Below, piece after piece: positions 1-11,643 of a DNA stretch of 64,000 nt. Made by a program: the position numbers and the translations under genes. The stretch is from NCBI GenBank assembly GCA_964016885.1, contig OZ024743.1, positions 4,216,001 through 4,280,000 on the forward strand. Direction: 5' to 3'. The stretch is from Eledone cirrhosa (taxonomy: Eukaryota). Below the pieces are notes generated by a model. The model did not search any database and was not told the origin of the DNA. It saw nothing but the letters and a program-made list of their open reading frames with translations. Numbering within the stretch: the first letter of the stretch is position 1; every line of letters begins with the position of its first letter.

Positions 1-67
1 TACCAATATATGGAACATTACATTCATGTAACCATCTTTTTTTACCTTAATTTATATTCCTTTTGAA

Positions 68-186
68 GTTCCGATGAACTGCTCCAATTTTACCTAAGTT
101 AATTATCTTCAACTGAACTAGATCAATAATGATCTATAATCATTTGATCCAGAAACATTATATGGAGTAGCGAAACAATTGTAAAC
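68..186 (+). ncRNA. Variant hammerhead ribozyme motif in a PLE-type 3' end running into (TA)n at ~312
   Basis: gtt-CCGATGA-a-ctgctcca...(long insert)...tggagtag-c-GAAA-caattg-TA-aac. Helix II pairs, helix III is a palindromic hexamer, and the core has C instead of U at position 4. Confidence 0.55.
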
Positions 187-443
187 GGACATTATTAGTA
201 TTATTATTATTATGCTTTACATTCCTTACATTAAACTAAAACTATGTTGATAATCTTTTAATAATGTCTTTGTAATAAATAAATTTGTGGTCTTGTTTTG
301 CTTAACTAATGAATATATATATATACATATATATAATATATATAATATATAAAATGCCAATCATTGAAAGTTTGAATCTAACGGACATGCAAAAACATAT
401 ATATAAGAATAAGGTAAGCCCAAATCATAGTAGATTCAAATAT

Positions 444-446
<3 letters not shown>

Positions 447-507
<61 letters not shown>
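447..507. repeat. (GA)n microsatellite
   Basis: Direct reading. Confidence 0.95.
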
Positions 508-510
<3 letters not shown>

Positions 511-624
511 GAGGTGGAACAGAAATAAAACATGGATTAGTTTAAAATATACTCTAGATAGATGTGAAACAAAACGAGGATGTAATTTATGCAGTTTATG
601 AATTTTCATAAGATTTTCGTGTTT

Positions 625-822
625 GTCTCTCTGGCTTAGCGGTAGGATATCCTGGCCTTGGGTTCAATCCTGGTCAAGAGGTACATGTAACCTCTTTCGG
701 TTTTTATTTTGCAGCCCATAGAAAAAAACTGAAAAGGTTTACCGGGAACCCTACTCCCGACCAGGATCGAACTTCAGATCGAACATCGTCTATGATTACT
801 CCAATTAGGCCACCGAGACAGC
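625..822. mobile_element. Two degenerate tRNA-derived (SINE-head-like) segments in convergent orientation
   Basis: Plus strand has A-box tggcttagcggt and B-box ggttcaatcc. Minus strand has tggcctaattgg and agttcgatcc. The outer ends are inverted-similar (tgtctctctggc / gccaccgagaca). Confidence 0.45.
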
Positions 823-1855
823 TACAAAAGTATAGTTAAAATTGATAATTATAAACCTACTTTCATAATCAAAGTTAAAAAGATGTGGTGTCGTTATGGC
901 TTTCCTAGAGCTATTAGTAGACTTCTGGTCATTATTGAAAGTCTTTGGATTTCATAAAATACATATTTTTTATTGGAGAAGGTAAGATATTTTTCCGCAA
1001 AAATTTGATTGCACTGTTTTGTTACCACTTATGTATTTTTCGAAAATGTGATTTATTCATTATAAACATTATATGGTAGCATTCTATATGTAGTTGGCCC
1101 CCTTCATCTCCTGGTGTGAGTGTGTGTTAGTGTGCGTGTGCCTCTGTATGTGTGTTAAGAGGAATGGAGTGAGAGAGAATAAAGGTACTAGGTACTTCAC
1201 CGATATTACGCAGATAGTTTTCGATACACTAGTAAACTCAAATTTAAAACTAGATTTTTCGTAAGGCACACCGACCAGTTATCAGTAGCTCAGTAAAATG
1301 ACATATTAAAATAAGGAAAACTGCAAAATGTTAATAATATTGATTCCTAACATAAGCCAGAAATTTGCGTAAATATAGCAATCGATTACTTTGACTGCAA
1401 ACTTTGATTAGTAATTATTTGATCAGCGACTGAACGGCCAAAAGCAAAGCTTGCCTGGGAGTAATTTGAAATGATAACGGAGCGATCGTAGAATAAAATC
1501 CTAATAAAAAAAAAAATTGGTCCACTATCTTACGATTCAGCCAAACCATCACTAGTATTGATCTTAAAGATTTCTGAAACAGAATATTTCTACCGAAGAT
1601 AATACGTATCGCCAATAGATTGAAGGTTTGAAAGATTTGATTTACAAAAGTTTGGTTTATCTTTGTCCATTGGAGATGCCATTTGCCCAAATTCCCAAGC
1701 TGGGATATTGATTCCGACAAAAATGAGTGTTAAACAAACTTCTTAAAGAAAATTATTCTACAATTCCAAATATTCAATGTACACAAATAAATCCACTCAC
1801 ACAGACGCACACAGGTACAATCATACACATACACAAACACAAACACTCTTTCTCA

Positions 1856-1924
<69 letters not shown>

Positions 1925-1925
<1 letters not shown>

Positions 1926-1994
1926 GAAGAGGTTATACAGGACTAGAACAGTATCATTCGTGAGAAATCACCAGGAAGCTTAATTTTCTTTACT

Positions 1995-1997
<3 letters not shown>
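1925..1997 (-). mobile_element. Small PLE-end fragment with decayed HHR (same family as 16086-16136), between TA tracts
   Basis: tacaggactagaacagtatcattc..gaaatcaccaggaa aligns with 16092-16133. The core is mutated (CTGGTGA/GATA). Confidence 0.6.
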
Positions 1998-2035
<38 letters not shown>

Positions 2036-2038
<3 letters not shown>

Positions 2039-2335
2039 TGGTAATATGGTAATTCTTTCCAAATTCATAAAATATTTCAGCTACCCCAAGCGGTAGGAGT
2101 TCTTTACAAACCATAGGTGAGACCCATTTTTGGTCCTGACTGAAGTTTTACACACTCAAACCTGGAGAATCTCGTTTATTTGCGTATGTAAACCTTCAGT
2201 CAGGACCAGAATAAACAAACAACCACCCACTTATTAAAATAACCAAATGAAATTTAAAATAAATTAAAGTGAAAACCAACAAGTACGTGTGTTTTTATTG
2301 GCAGAATGACTCTCTCTCAAAGTATAACAATATAT
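2036..2335 (+). mobile_element. PLE pLTR-derived insertion in (TA)n with internal inverted repeat
   Basis: Perfect 15-bp inverted repeat at 2131-2145/2194-2208. Bases 2261-2333 align with 62323-62393 of the PLE at 60098-62450. Confidence 0.6.
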
Positions 2336-2489
2336 ATATATATATATATATACAGAGAGAGAGATAGAGAGAGGCGGGAGATAGAGAGGGTAGAGCTGGA
2401 TGGGGAGAGAGACAGAGGGTGGGAGAACGGAGATAGATAAAAATAAACAATTTTCCTTCACTTATTAATCAGTAGAATAAGATACTTAC

Positions 2490-2718
2490 TCTAAAATACT
2501 TCGGTTGATAATTTTTTAGCTGAAAATGTTTGGCTCCTGTTTTATGTAAAAATTCGCAAACCTTGTCATAGTTATCCAATTCGCAGATAGCTTTATCCAA
2601 AGTCGCCATAACTAATAATGCATGACCTTCGAGAACCTCATTTTGTCTTAAATTGTCTGAATGGACATTTGTAAAATCAGCAAACAAATAACCGATTTCC
2701 TCTTCTGTCTGAAATAAT
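2490..2718 (-). CDS. Globin (neuroglobin/globin X-like) central exon, helices B-G
   Basis: Translates LFQTEEEIGYLF(CD1)ADF...LEGH(E7)ALLVMATLD...LHKTGAKH(F8)FQLKNYQPKYFR. Acceptor ttttttctatttcag is phase 2 and donor AGA|gtaagt is phase 0, matching the ancestral globin B12.2 and G7.0 introns. Exon length 229 nt. Confidence 0.9.
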
Positions 2719-2749
2719 CTGAAATAGAAAAAAATAACAACAACAACAA

Positions 2750-3360
2750 TAATAATTGTTTCCACTTTTGGCACAAGATCAATAATTTGAAGGGAAGGGA
2801 AAAGTCGATTAAGTCAAACCTAGTGCCTTACTGGTACATTATTTTATCGACCACCTAAGGATGAAATACCGCTAAGCATACTGTCCAATCCACCACCCTA
2901 ACAACAAAAACAACAATAATAGTTGTTTCTACTTTTGGCACAAGGCCAGCAATTATCCCAGTGTATTACTGGTACTTTATTTTATCGACCCTGTATGGAT
3001 GAAATGCAAAGTTAACCTCGGCGGGATTTGAACTCAGACCATAAAGGACCGTAACTCTTTGCTGCAAAGCATGGGGCCGGCCCTCTACCGATACTGCCAA
3101 ATAATGATTTCTATTATAGGCACACAGACAGAAATTTGCTTTTTGGTGGGAAAGTCGATTAAATCGACTCCAGTACGTGACTTTAGGATGAAAGACAAAA
3201 CTGACCACGGCGGGATTTGAACTCAGAACGTAAAGGGCCATAACGCTATGCTACAGAGCATGGTGTCTGGCGCTCTACCGATACTGCCAATCTACCACTC
3301 TAACAACAACAAAAATAATATTAATAATTGTTTCTACTTTAGGCACAAGGCCAGCAATAA
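2750..3360 (-). mobile_element. Cluster of about four tandem/partial tRNA-derived SINE copies (family 1)
   Basis: Repeated ttgtttctacttttggcacaaggccagcaatt ends, B-box gagttcaaatcccgccg and ttcatcc..gggtcgataaaataaagtaccag, matching the full copy at 54015. Confidence 0.85.
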
Positions 3361-6300
3361 GTTCTCAGGTTCTCTTCCCAGCTGTTGATCACCCGTGTCA
3401 ACCTTGGCTTAAACAGTTCGTCCAATGAGGTGACCCATTCAATTTTCAATTACCAAAGCCCTAACCAGTATCACCTTTGGTTCATATTTTCGCTTGTTAT
3501 TTCTCTACCCTTTTGAGGCACTTATCAATGAAAAAATATGTTGTTGGTACATTATTCTAACGTCGAACTGGCTTAGACGTGTTGAAACTGTACAATCCAC
3601 TCTGCTTATTCCATCAATCGGGAACATGTTATTTTCCATATAGTTGTAGATAATTTTTACTATAATTTTGCTAAAGAGCCCGTACTTGTGTAACATGGGA
3701 AAATATATTTATTCAACGGCAAAAATTCGTAACGTTGATGGAACTTAATTTGATGTTAAAAAATAAGCTGAACTGGATGATTTTTTCATTATACTAAAAT
3801 AGTGTAAAATCAGGATCGTTGGAACTAACGGCTATACATGGATAAGTATCTAGCTACCTACGTTGTTTAGGTAATTTCGATTAAAATTAACTACGTTACA
3901 GAAACCCAACATTTTGAGCAACAGCAACAATAAAACAATAGCTATAATATTCTTTAAAGCAAGCTTCATGTTCTGGTACGCAGAAAAGAAACATAATTCA
4001 AAATTAAGACAATTTTCTTAGGAAGATGGAAACCAATGTTTTGAATAGCAACAACAGCCCAATATCTCATCCCCATCAATTATACATTTGTCTTTGCATC
4101 TAAATTAGAACAAAAAAATATATTTAGTTGGAGACAAAGTTTGGTAAAAGTTAAACTCTTTGTAAACGACTTTACAAACCTGTTTTGATTTACAATGAAA
4201 CAATCCATGCTACATGCTCAACTAATGCCCTTGAAAAAGCATGATCGTTAAAGCTCATCATTATCTGCTATTATAAAAACATCAATATTTTATTTATCTC
4301 TTGCAGTTGTTACAAATAATGTCAATTGGTTCACTTTCCCCGATCGATGGGATACATCAAGAGATGGTATCGGCAATTTACATCGAAGCTTTTTTGAGTA
4401 GTGTTATTCATGCCTTTACTAAAAACACACTAGTTAACTAGTAATATTGGTAATTCACAACCTAAACACTGAGACAACTCGCCGAATTATTTTCTTCCGT
4501 GAAACTCACTTTTGCGCACCTACGGCCATTTAAATTTCAATCGCTGCCCTTTTAAGTGACATCTGCTATTAAATATCTTTTAATATTCTCTAAATATATA
4601 CGAAAGTTTATGCAAGAGGTATGTCACAAAAAACAACTATATTTACTAGATATTAGTAAGTTTTCAAGAAATTTCACCAATATTTCGTTATCAATAATTA
4701 GTGACATAAAACAGGTTTTGTTGCATATGATGTATAGCGGTTGTTGACATTGCTAATGTTATTGGAATAATATTTATGATATATCTTCTGTTGTCAGTTT
4801 AGTTCATTAAGCTGCATATGCTTAGGTTATTTTCAAGACAGGTGTATTTGGTTTGTAAGTGATATGTGGGAGAAATAAATCTGGTAATATATCATATAAA
4901 TGAATATGCTGATTGTAGGAGACGCCTTCCAGTTTTCGTGTTAAACCAAACAATGCTATTCATGAACAAAGCCATCGGTCTATATGCATGTATGTACGAA
5001 ACTTGTGTTTGTTTTCGTGTGTGATGTTATGTATGTATCTATGTGCTTGTGTAAGTAGATGTGTTGGTGAAAGTTGCCGTGGTATTGGAGAAAATTCATA
5101 TGTGTCGATGTGAAAGTGAATGGGAGGTGGGTGTAAGATATGTGGAGTGTGGTGTATTGAGACCATTGTGTGAGTTTATTCGTCTCAAACTAGATCTATG
5201 TTAGTCTGTGCAGTTATATTGAGGCAGCTACTCCATTTTATTCTTGCGTATTTTATTAACATTTTCATTATTCCATTTTGTAAACCCATAGCTCAGTTCG
5301 TATGATTGCAGGACAAGTTAACTATACATCAATAGTTCATACTTATTTATTTTTCTCATTTTTATAAATTTTGCTTATAATTTTCAGTTAAAAAGAAATT
5401 TTCCACGGTATCGCTTCGTAATGCAACAACTAAATTTTCATTAAACACTATTGCATATTTATGAAGGCCATGACATGTTTCCGGACTTAGGTCATAGTAC
5501 ATTATCGTTTGCTATGATATATAAACCAGATTGTAGACTGTCTACTTCTATAAATGCAGATTGAAAGCATTGTTGGATTAGCTGTCTCTTTGCCATTGAT
5601 CTAGGCAGACTGAGTTAAACGAAGCTACAAGCCAACTTGAATAATGATAAACACATAAATAACAAGGTCCTTTAATTTGTGATTCATTTTTGTAAAATCT
5701 AATCAGGATTCTAATATATAGCTCTCTATCATTCTATCCAGTAAATCAATACGATGCAAGCTGGGTTTATTTCTATAAAAATTTCGATATATTAGTCACC
5801 AGATTTATATTTCATCGACAGTAAATATTTAGGAACTTATAGAATTAGATCTCAAAGATGGTTCAAATGGCTGTATACCACTTCAACTGATTAACGTTTA
5901 AGTTTAAGGATCTGAGTAGGTAATGCATGAATAATAAAGAATAAATATTTAAAGAATAGACAGTCTTTTATATGATAAAAAATAGCAAATTTTAAAGAAA
6001 AAAACTATATATATATCACATTGTGTGTATAGATGCAAGTACATGTATATATGTGTATCTCCTACGTGGTGGTAGGGGGATTGTGGTTCTTAGCAATTTT
6101 CGCAATTTTCGCAATCTTGGCAACAGTCATCTCTGGAAACCAGGCTATATTATTCTGCTCTGATACCAATATTCTATAGTATATTCTAAACAATGATGCT
6201 GTATTGTCGATTTTTTTTGTTTTAAAAGATAACAAAACATTTGCGTTATATCACATTCACTTTATATCTTTCATAAACAAATGAAGTATCTTTACTTTGC

Positions 6301-6630
6301 ACACAACAAAACTTCTCCGGAAAAAAAAAGTGCGGAACAATCAGAATTTGATAAGACATTTTTATATGATATATACAGAACAGGAATGGTTTCCTGACAC
6401 AAATAAACTTAGACTGTAACTAAAGATATATATGCAGCTTGAAGATAACCAATGCAGGAGGTTGTGAAGTACACAGGCAACTACATATATATTGATTACT
6501 CTTTGAACCAACGGGGTGAAGTATAATCTATAATGTGGTTGGAAACTTTCCAAAAGCATATAATAATTTTAATGCTATATTTACATTATTTATTTTAAAA
6601 CCTGCCTGCCTGTACCTCCTGACTGAACTG

Positions 6631-6697
<67 letters not shown>

Positions 6698-6746
6698 ATA
6701 CATACAGACAGACACACACACACACAAACACACACACACGCATGTA

Positions 6747-6835
6747 CATATATTGGGTCGTCAAGCATGAAATTTGTTGAAATTTGTAGAAGAAAACAAA
6801 TGACTACAAATTTCGTACTTGACGACCCAATATAT
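6747..6835. repeat. Mini fold-back insertion within microsatellite
   Basis: atattgggtcgtcaagcatgaaatttgt ... acaaatttcgtacttgacgacccaatat inverted pair. Confidence 0.75.
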
Positions 6836-6863
6836 ATATATACATATATATATATACATATAT

Positions 6864-7003
6864 ATGAAGTATTTCCGCAGGAAAGGTAAAGGAAAAGAGA
6901 GTGCTGTATGTAGGCTACAGAGCTTTTTAGTTATGTAATAAACAACATAATTATTTCCTTTACCAGTGGTAAATGAAATAAGTATCTCATGTTGTTTATT
7001 ACA

Positions 7004-7010
<7 letters not shown>
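6864..7010. repeat. Asymmetric fold-back insertion in (TA)n
   Basis: tagttatgtaataaacaacat / atgttgtttattacataacta 21-bp inverted repeat, with ~60 nt extra sequence on the left. Confidence 0.7.
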
Positions 7011-7057
<47 letters not shown>

Positions 7058-7098
7058 TAATATATAAGAACAAAAGATGGTTAAAAGAGTTCCATGTA

Positions 7099-7165
7099 TT
7101 TTATTATGCGCATTTCAAAAACAAATATCATCATGCAATAATATTTGTGTTTTCATCAGATAAAA
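7099..7165 (-). ncRNA. Minimal type-I hammerhead ribozyme
   Basis: ttttat-CTGATGA-aaacacaaatatt..atatttgttttt-GAAA-tgcgca-TA-ataaaa. Helix III is palindromic. Confidence 0.8.
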
Positions 7166-8056
7166 CAGGAAGACATGATATGAAGGTTAAAAAACACTTG
7201 TGGATAGTTCAGTTTTAAATCAACATATGAGAAGTAGTTTTCGATTGATGTGTGATATTGGGAAAAAATATTTTATTTAGAGGGGGGGGGGTTGGAAAGG
7301 ATGAAAAAGAGGAGGAGATGAGAGTAAAAAGTGGAGAGGGAGGAGTATAATGAGGAAGGATGAGATAGGAGGAGAGATGGGTGATAGAGAGAGAGAGATA
7401 GCTTTTATAACTGAGAAAGATATATTGTTTTACATAGAGAGGTTAAAAACCGTTGGAAGATAATGTATAAATTAAAAGAATTTGAAAATTAACGAAGAGA
7501 AAAAAAAAAAAAGAAAAAATAATGTAAAGTTAAGGTTTGTATATTGAGGGGTTTGATATGTGCGATGAAAAAGAAAATGTTAATATGTATTGAGAATAAT
7601 ATTTAGGGGTTTAATAATATGTGCGATGTTAAGAAAATGTTGATATGTATTATTGAAAGGAACAACAGGTTATTTAAGTAAGGAAATATTGTGAGATGAC
7701 CATGAATGAGTTAGATGAAAGGGAGAAAAGAATAATGAATTGAGGATGAATAATCTAACGTCAAAAAAATGTATATGTTTACGAAGGATTTTTACAAGGT
7801 GATATAGAGTAAGAATGTATTGTATTATGTAATAATTGATTCTATGTTAGGCAAGAGTGAGAAAGGGTTAGACATTAAAAGAAGAAGAGAAGAAAGGGAA
7901 GTGATAAATAGGAGCGATGTAGAATGAGTAACAAGTATTATAGAATGTATAATAACCTTTGAAATAAGGTAGAAAGATGGGTATATTTTTAAAAGAAGTG
8001 TATATATATATATGTGCCTTTGAGAAAAAGATTCTGAATTGATAAAGAATTGAATA

Positions 8057-9329
8057 TTAGCTGTATACTTTGTGAAATGTTTTATGGAATTTATGCAAGC
8101 AGATAGAAAACAAGTCAGTGCGTCTATTTATTATAGAATCTAAATTAGAAATAATGGTAAATTTTTCATTTAGACAGAGATTGCAAATTTTGGATAGAGA
8201 ACTGTTCAAGTATGAAGACGCAGAAGAAACCTTCTTCCAAAAGGTGCTATATTTAATATTTTTGTCTTTCAAGGACCATATGAGTTCTGAGAGAGCCGTG
8301 TTGGTTCTTTTAAGTTTGTATTTAAAAGACGAATGATGGTTATAAAGACGAGCTTTAAAAGAGGTGGAAGTGGAGCCAAAATAGGTGAAGGAATTGGTGT
8401 CAGTTATAACTTTACATTCGTAAATTAAGTTTTTATCAAGACAATGGTTGTTGAGAGGTAATTTATTTTTAATAGGGCAATTGCAATTGCGATTAGAGAG
8501 ATTATTAATGAGTGACCTAGTGTTATCTATAGAAGGAATTGGATTGGAGAAGTTATTTGCGATAGGAATAATAGTTTCTTGATTTACAATGGGATTAGGA
8601 ACATTTAGCGAAGTTGTGTTTGACGTTGTATTTGGGTTTGTAGAAATTAGCCTAGGGTTTACAATGACGTCGGGAGTACTATTATTATGATATTCAGTGT
8701 TGGAAGGAAGAGATTTAGTATTTAGTATTTTATTGTTGTGTTTAGAGATAATGTTGGAAATGTTGGAGGATGTAGAATAGGAAAATTTTATAGTGTGTTT
8801 GTTAAATATTTTACTATAGATATGTGAGGGAGGGAAGCATTTATTTAAGGCACTAAAGAATAATTTAGGAATATTGTTATTAATAGAGATGGAGAAAGGA
8901 GCATTATACCAGATTATGTTTTTGTATCTAGGTCTTTTATTAAAGTTATTGGAATGATCATGATTAATTATTCTACTGTAATTTCTTCTAGAATTTGTTT
9001 CTTTACTATATTTGATTTTATCAGGATAGCCGGCTTTAGAAAATGCGTTATTATAGTAATTGGCGTTAGCATCAAAGATGTTTTTATTAGAAGATAGGTT
9101 AGATATTCTTTTTCCAATATTACTAACTATAGCATTCTTGATATTAGTAGGATGGTTAGATTTAAAGTTAACATAGTTTAGTTCTCATTGTTTTTATGGT
9201 AAGTGTCAAGATTATAGGCCAGTGTCAAGATTAAGAGATACATCCAAGAAATTAGCTAGTTTGATGCTGTTATCAAATTCAATTTTTAGGTTATGTTGGT
9301 TAAAGAGATTACGTATATTGTTCTTAATA
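8057..9329 (-). pseudogene. PLE RT thumb + GIY-YIG endonuclease remnant
   Basis: NFLDVSLNL, SNHP..I, RISNLSSN, IIWYNAPF, CNCPIK, LIYECKV..TYFGSTSTSFKARLYNH, CNLCLNE, CLH. Homologous to ORF 37685-39430. Disrupted near 9180-9215, then open to the stop at 8057. Confidence 0.88.
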
Positions 9330-9409
9330 ATATTAAGAACAATATACGTAATCTCTTTAACCAACATAACCTAAAAATTGAATTTGGTTATGTTGGTTAA
9401 AGAGATTAT

Positions 9410-9697
9410 ATAATTGGTTATGCACGAGTGCATTAAGGTTTTCCAGGACACAGTGTTATGTACCGTGTAGGGGAAGGTCAGCTTACAACAGAGTGGTGCT
9501 CAACGAAATGCAGAAAATAGGTGTATATTCCAGTTTAGCTATACTCCGGGGCGTGTATAAAGAATCAAAAAGAACAGAAAGATGCAGTAAAAGAGATTTA
9601 TTCGGTTCTAACGTACGTTTCAATAGACATCAATTTGCCTAGATCTCGCTGCATCTATAATATTATATAGTTAGTTATAGTTCTGTTCTTTTTGATT

Positions 9698-9704
<7 letters not shown>
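9410..9704. mobile_element. Asymmetric fold-back PLE-end insertion
   Basis: tataaagaatcaaaaagaacagaa inverted at ~9556/~9704. Carries an HHR 3' half (GAAA-cgtacg-TT) on the minus strand and ends in (TA)n. Confidence 0.55.
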
Positions 9705-9782
<78 letters not shown>

Positions 9783-9808
9783 CACATATATATATATATA
9801 TATACATA

Positions 9809-10197
9809 TTTATTCAGGTTTGAGGTTCACCACTGGATAGAGCTGGTCAATTCCGTATGGTCAATCGCAATGTAATAATATAGAGAGTACTCAACGTAAA
9901 GCAGTTCAACCCTCTTTGATTTTGTAGTTGGTGGTGCTAGTACGGAGTTAAATATTATAATGAAATGACAGGAGGCTGGATTTGTGTAAATCCTTGAAAG
10001 GTTTATTATACTATGATCATTTCAATGACCAGGTTCCGTATGAATCCGGTGATAGCATCAGGTATTCGAAATATATTTCGAATACCTGATGATATCACCG
10101 GATTCATACGGAACCCGGTCATTGAAATGATCATAGTATAATATACCTTTCAAGGATTTACACAAATCCAGCCTCCTGTCATTTCATTATAATATTA
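9809..10197. mobile_element. Fold-back HHR element, family A copy 1
   Basis: Near-perfect palindrome 9952-10195 centred at 10073/10074. Left arm is ~140 nt longer, with (TA)n on both sides. Second copy at 20737-22452. Confidence 0.88.
10082..10139 (+). ncRNA. Minimal hammerhead ribozyme (family A)
   Basis: atac-CTGATGA-tatcaccgg..ccggtcatt-GAAA-tgatca-TA-gtat. The inverted copy has CTGATGC. Confidence 0.8.
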
Positions 10198-10265
10198 TAT
10201 ATATACATATATATATATATATACAGATATATATATATACCTATATTTATATATATATATATATG

Positions 10266-10510
10266 TTGGTTAGAGATTTGAATTTGCAATCGTGGGGTTG
10301 TGATTACGATTTGCGGACCGAGCGATGCGTTATTGTGCGATCCTTGAGCAAGGCACTTTATTTCACGTTGCTCCGTCTAACTGGATTTGCGACCGACAAA
10401 TGGTATTAGCAATTGGAAAGACCAATGGAAACATTGTTACCTTGGTCCGATCTGACGAGCTCCACCCCACTCGTTAAGTGAATGAGGTATGGTATCTTGT
10501 TGATCGACTA
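10266..10510 (+). mobile_element. Degenerate tRNA-derived SINE (family 2)
   Basis: ggttagag...ccttgagcaaggcactttatttcacgttgctcc, similar to the copy at 23369-23698. Confidence 0.65.
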
Positions 10511-10546
10511 TCAATACAGACACACACACACGCACACACACAAACA

Positions 10547-10650
<104 letters not shown>

Positions 10651-10651
10651 A

Positions 10652-11056
10652 CCAAAGATTAATATGGTTCATTGATTACTCAATGAATATAGTTTTACAA
10701 TAGATTAAAAGCACTCTACAAGGAAGTTTTCTGGAGTTATTAATATTATTCAGAATATTAATAAATGAAGACATTCACATAATCAAAATATATGTTTTAT
10801 TATATATATTTGGAAGTTACTGTGCTGTTTTTTCAGTACGTCCTCGTCAGATAAAATACCTCAACGGTCTTGATGGTTCAATTCCAGTATTGGCAGTACT
10901 GGAATTGAACCATCAAGACCATTGAGGTATGTCATACATCAATTCATGTATTTTATCTGACGAGGACGTACTGAAAACACAGCGCAGTACCTTCGAAATA
11001 TATATAATAAAACTTATTTTTTGATTATGTGAATGTCTTCATTTATTAATATTCTG

Positions 11057-11060
<4 letters not shown>
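10652..11060. mobile_element. Fold-back HHR element, family B
   Basis: Arms 10747-10858 and ~10948-11060 are inverted, with an inner hairpin at 10856-10930. Left arm is ~95 nt longer. Flanked by TA/CA tracts. Confidence 0.85.
10951..11012 (+). ncRNA. Minimal hammerhead ribozyme (family B)
   Basis: ttttat-CTGACGA-ggacgtactg..cagtaccttc-GAAA-tatata-TA-ataaaa. Confidence 0.8.
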
Positions 11061-11134
<74 letters not shown>

Positions 11135-11217
11135 CAAATTAAGATAAATCAAGATGAATTTAATCTAAATCAAAATTATGGGTGTCATGCCAGAAAGGCA
11201 TGTTATATATATAGTTG

Positions 11218-11269
<52 letters not shown>

Positions 11270-11303
11270 AGATTTGAATGGATACAGTTTAGTTGAAAGG
11301 AAT

Positions 11304-11427
11304 TTATTGACACGTGTTTCTATAACAGTTACATAACCTACCTAAAACAGCTGCTATCTACAAACTTTTAGTTATGCAGACATTCAATATTTCAATGTTA
11401 TTATTTACTGTCATTTCATCAGAATAA
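11304..11427 (-). ncRNA. Hammerhead ribozyme with long helix II, in a PLE 3'-end fragment (~11266-11620)
   Basis: ttatt-CTGATGA-aatgacagt...actgttata-GAAA-cacgtg-TC-aataa. Confidence 0.72.
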
Positions 11428-11611
11428 TATTACTGAGGACCTATTTAGTTTTTATAGAGAATATTAGGAGGGAGGGGTGAAGTTGTTAGAAGAATAGTTG
11501 AAGGAGTGGGTTTTCGATAGCAGTGAGAATTCTTGGTGGCAGTGAGTAATTAGATTCCCATCTGTTGTTTTGACATTTTTTATAGAATATATTATTGGTT
11601 ATTTTTCTAAA

Positions 11612-11640
<29 letters not shown>

Positions 11641-11643
<3 letters not shown>

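Larger units (their letters stand above)
7066..9386 (-). mobile_element. Penelope-like element, 5'-truncated, with ~1-kb 3' UTR, HHR and 5' hairpin
   Basis: RT C-terminal part plus GIY-YIG at 8057-9329, HHR at 7099-7165, 3' end abutting (TA)n, and a perfect 56-bp-arm palindrome centred at 9330. Confidence 0.9.

Noticed and set aside
2469-2774. 101-aa ORF as a complete gene
   Set aside because: The start lies in a SINE tail and intron; only 2490-2718 is bounded by splice sites.
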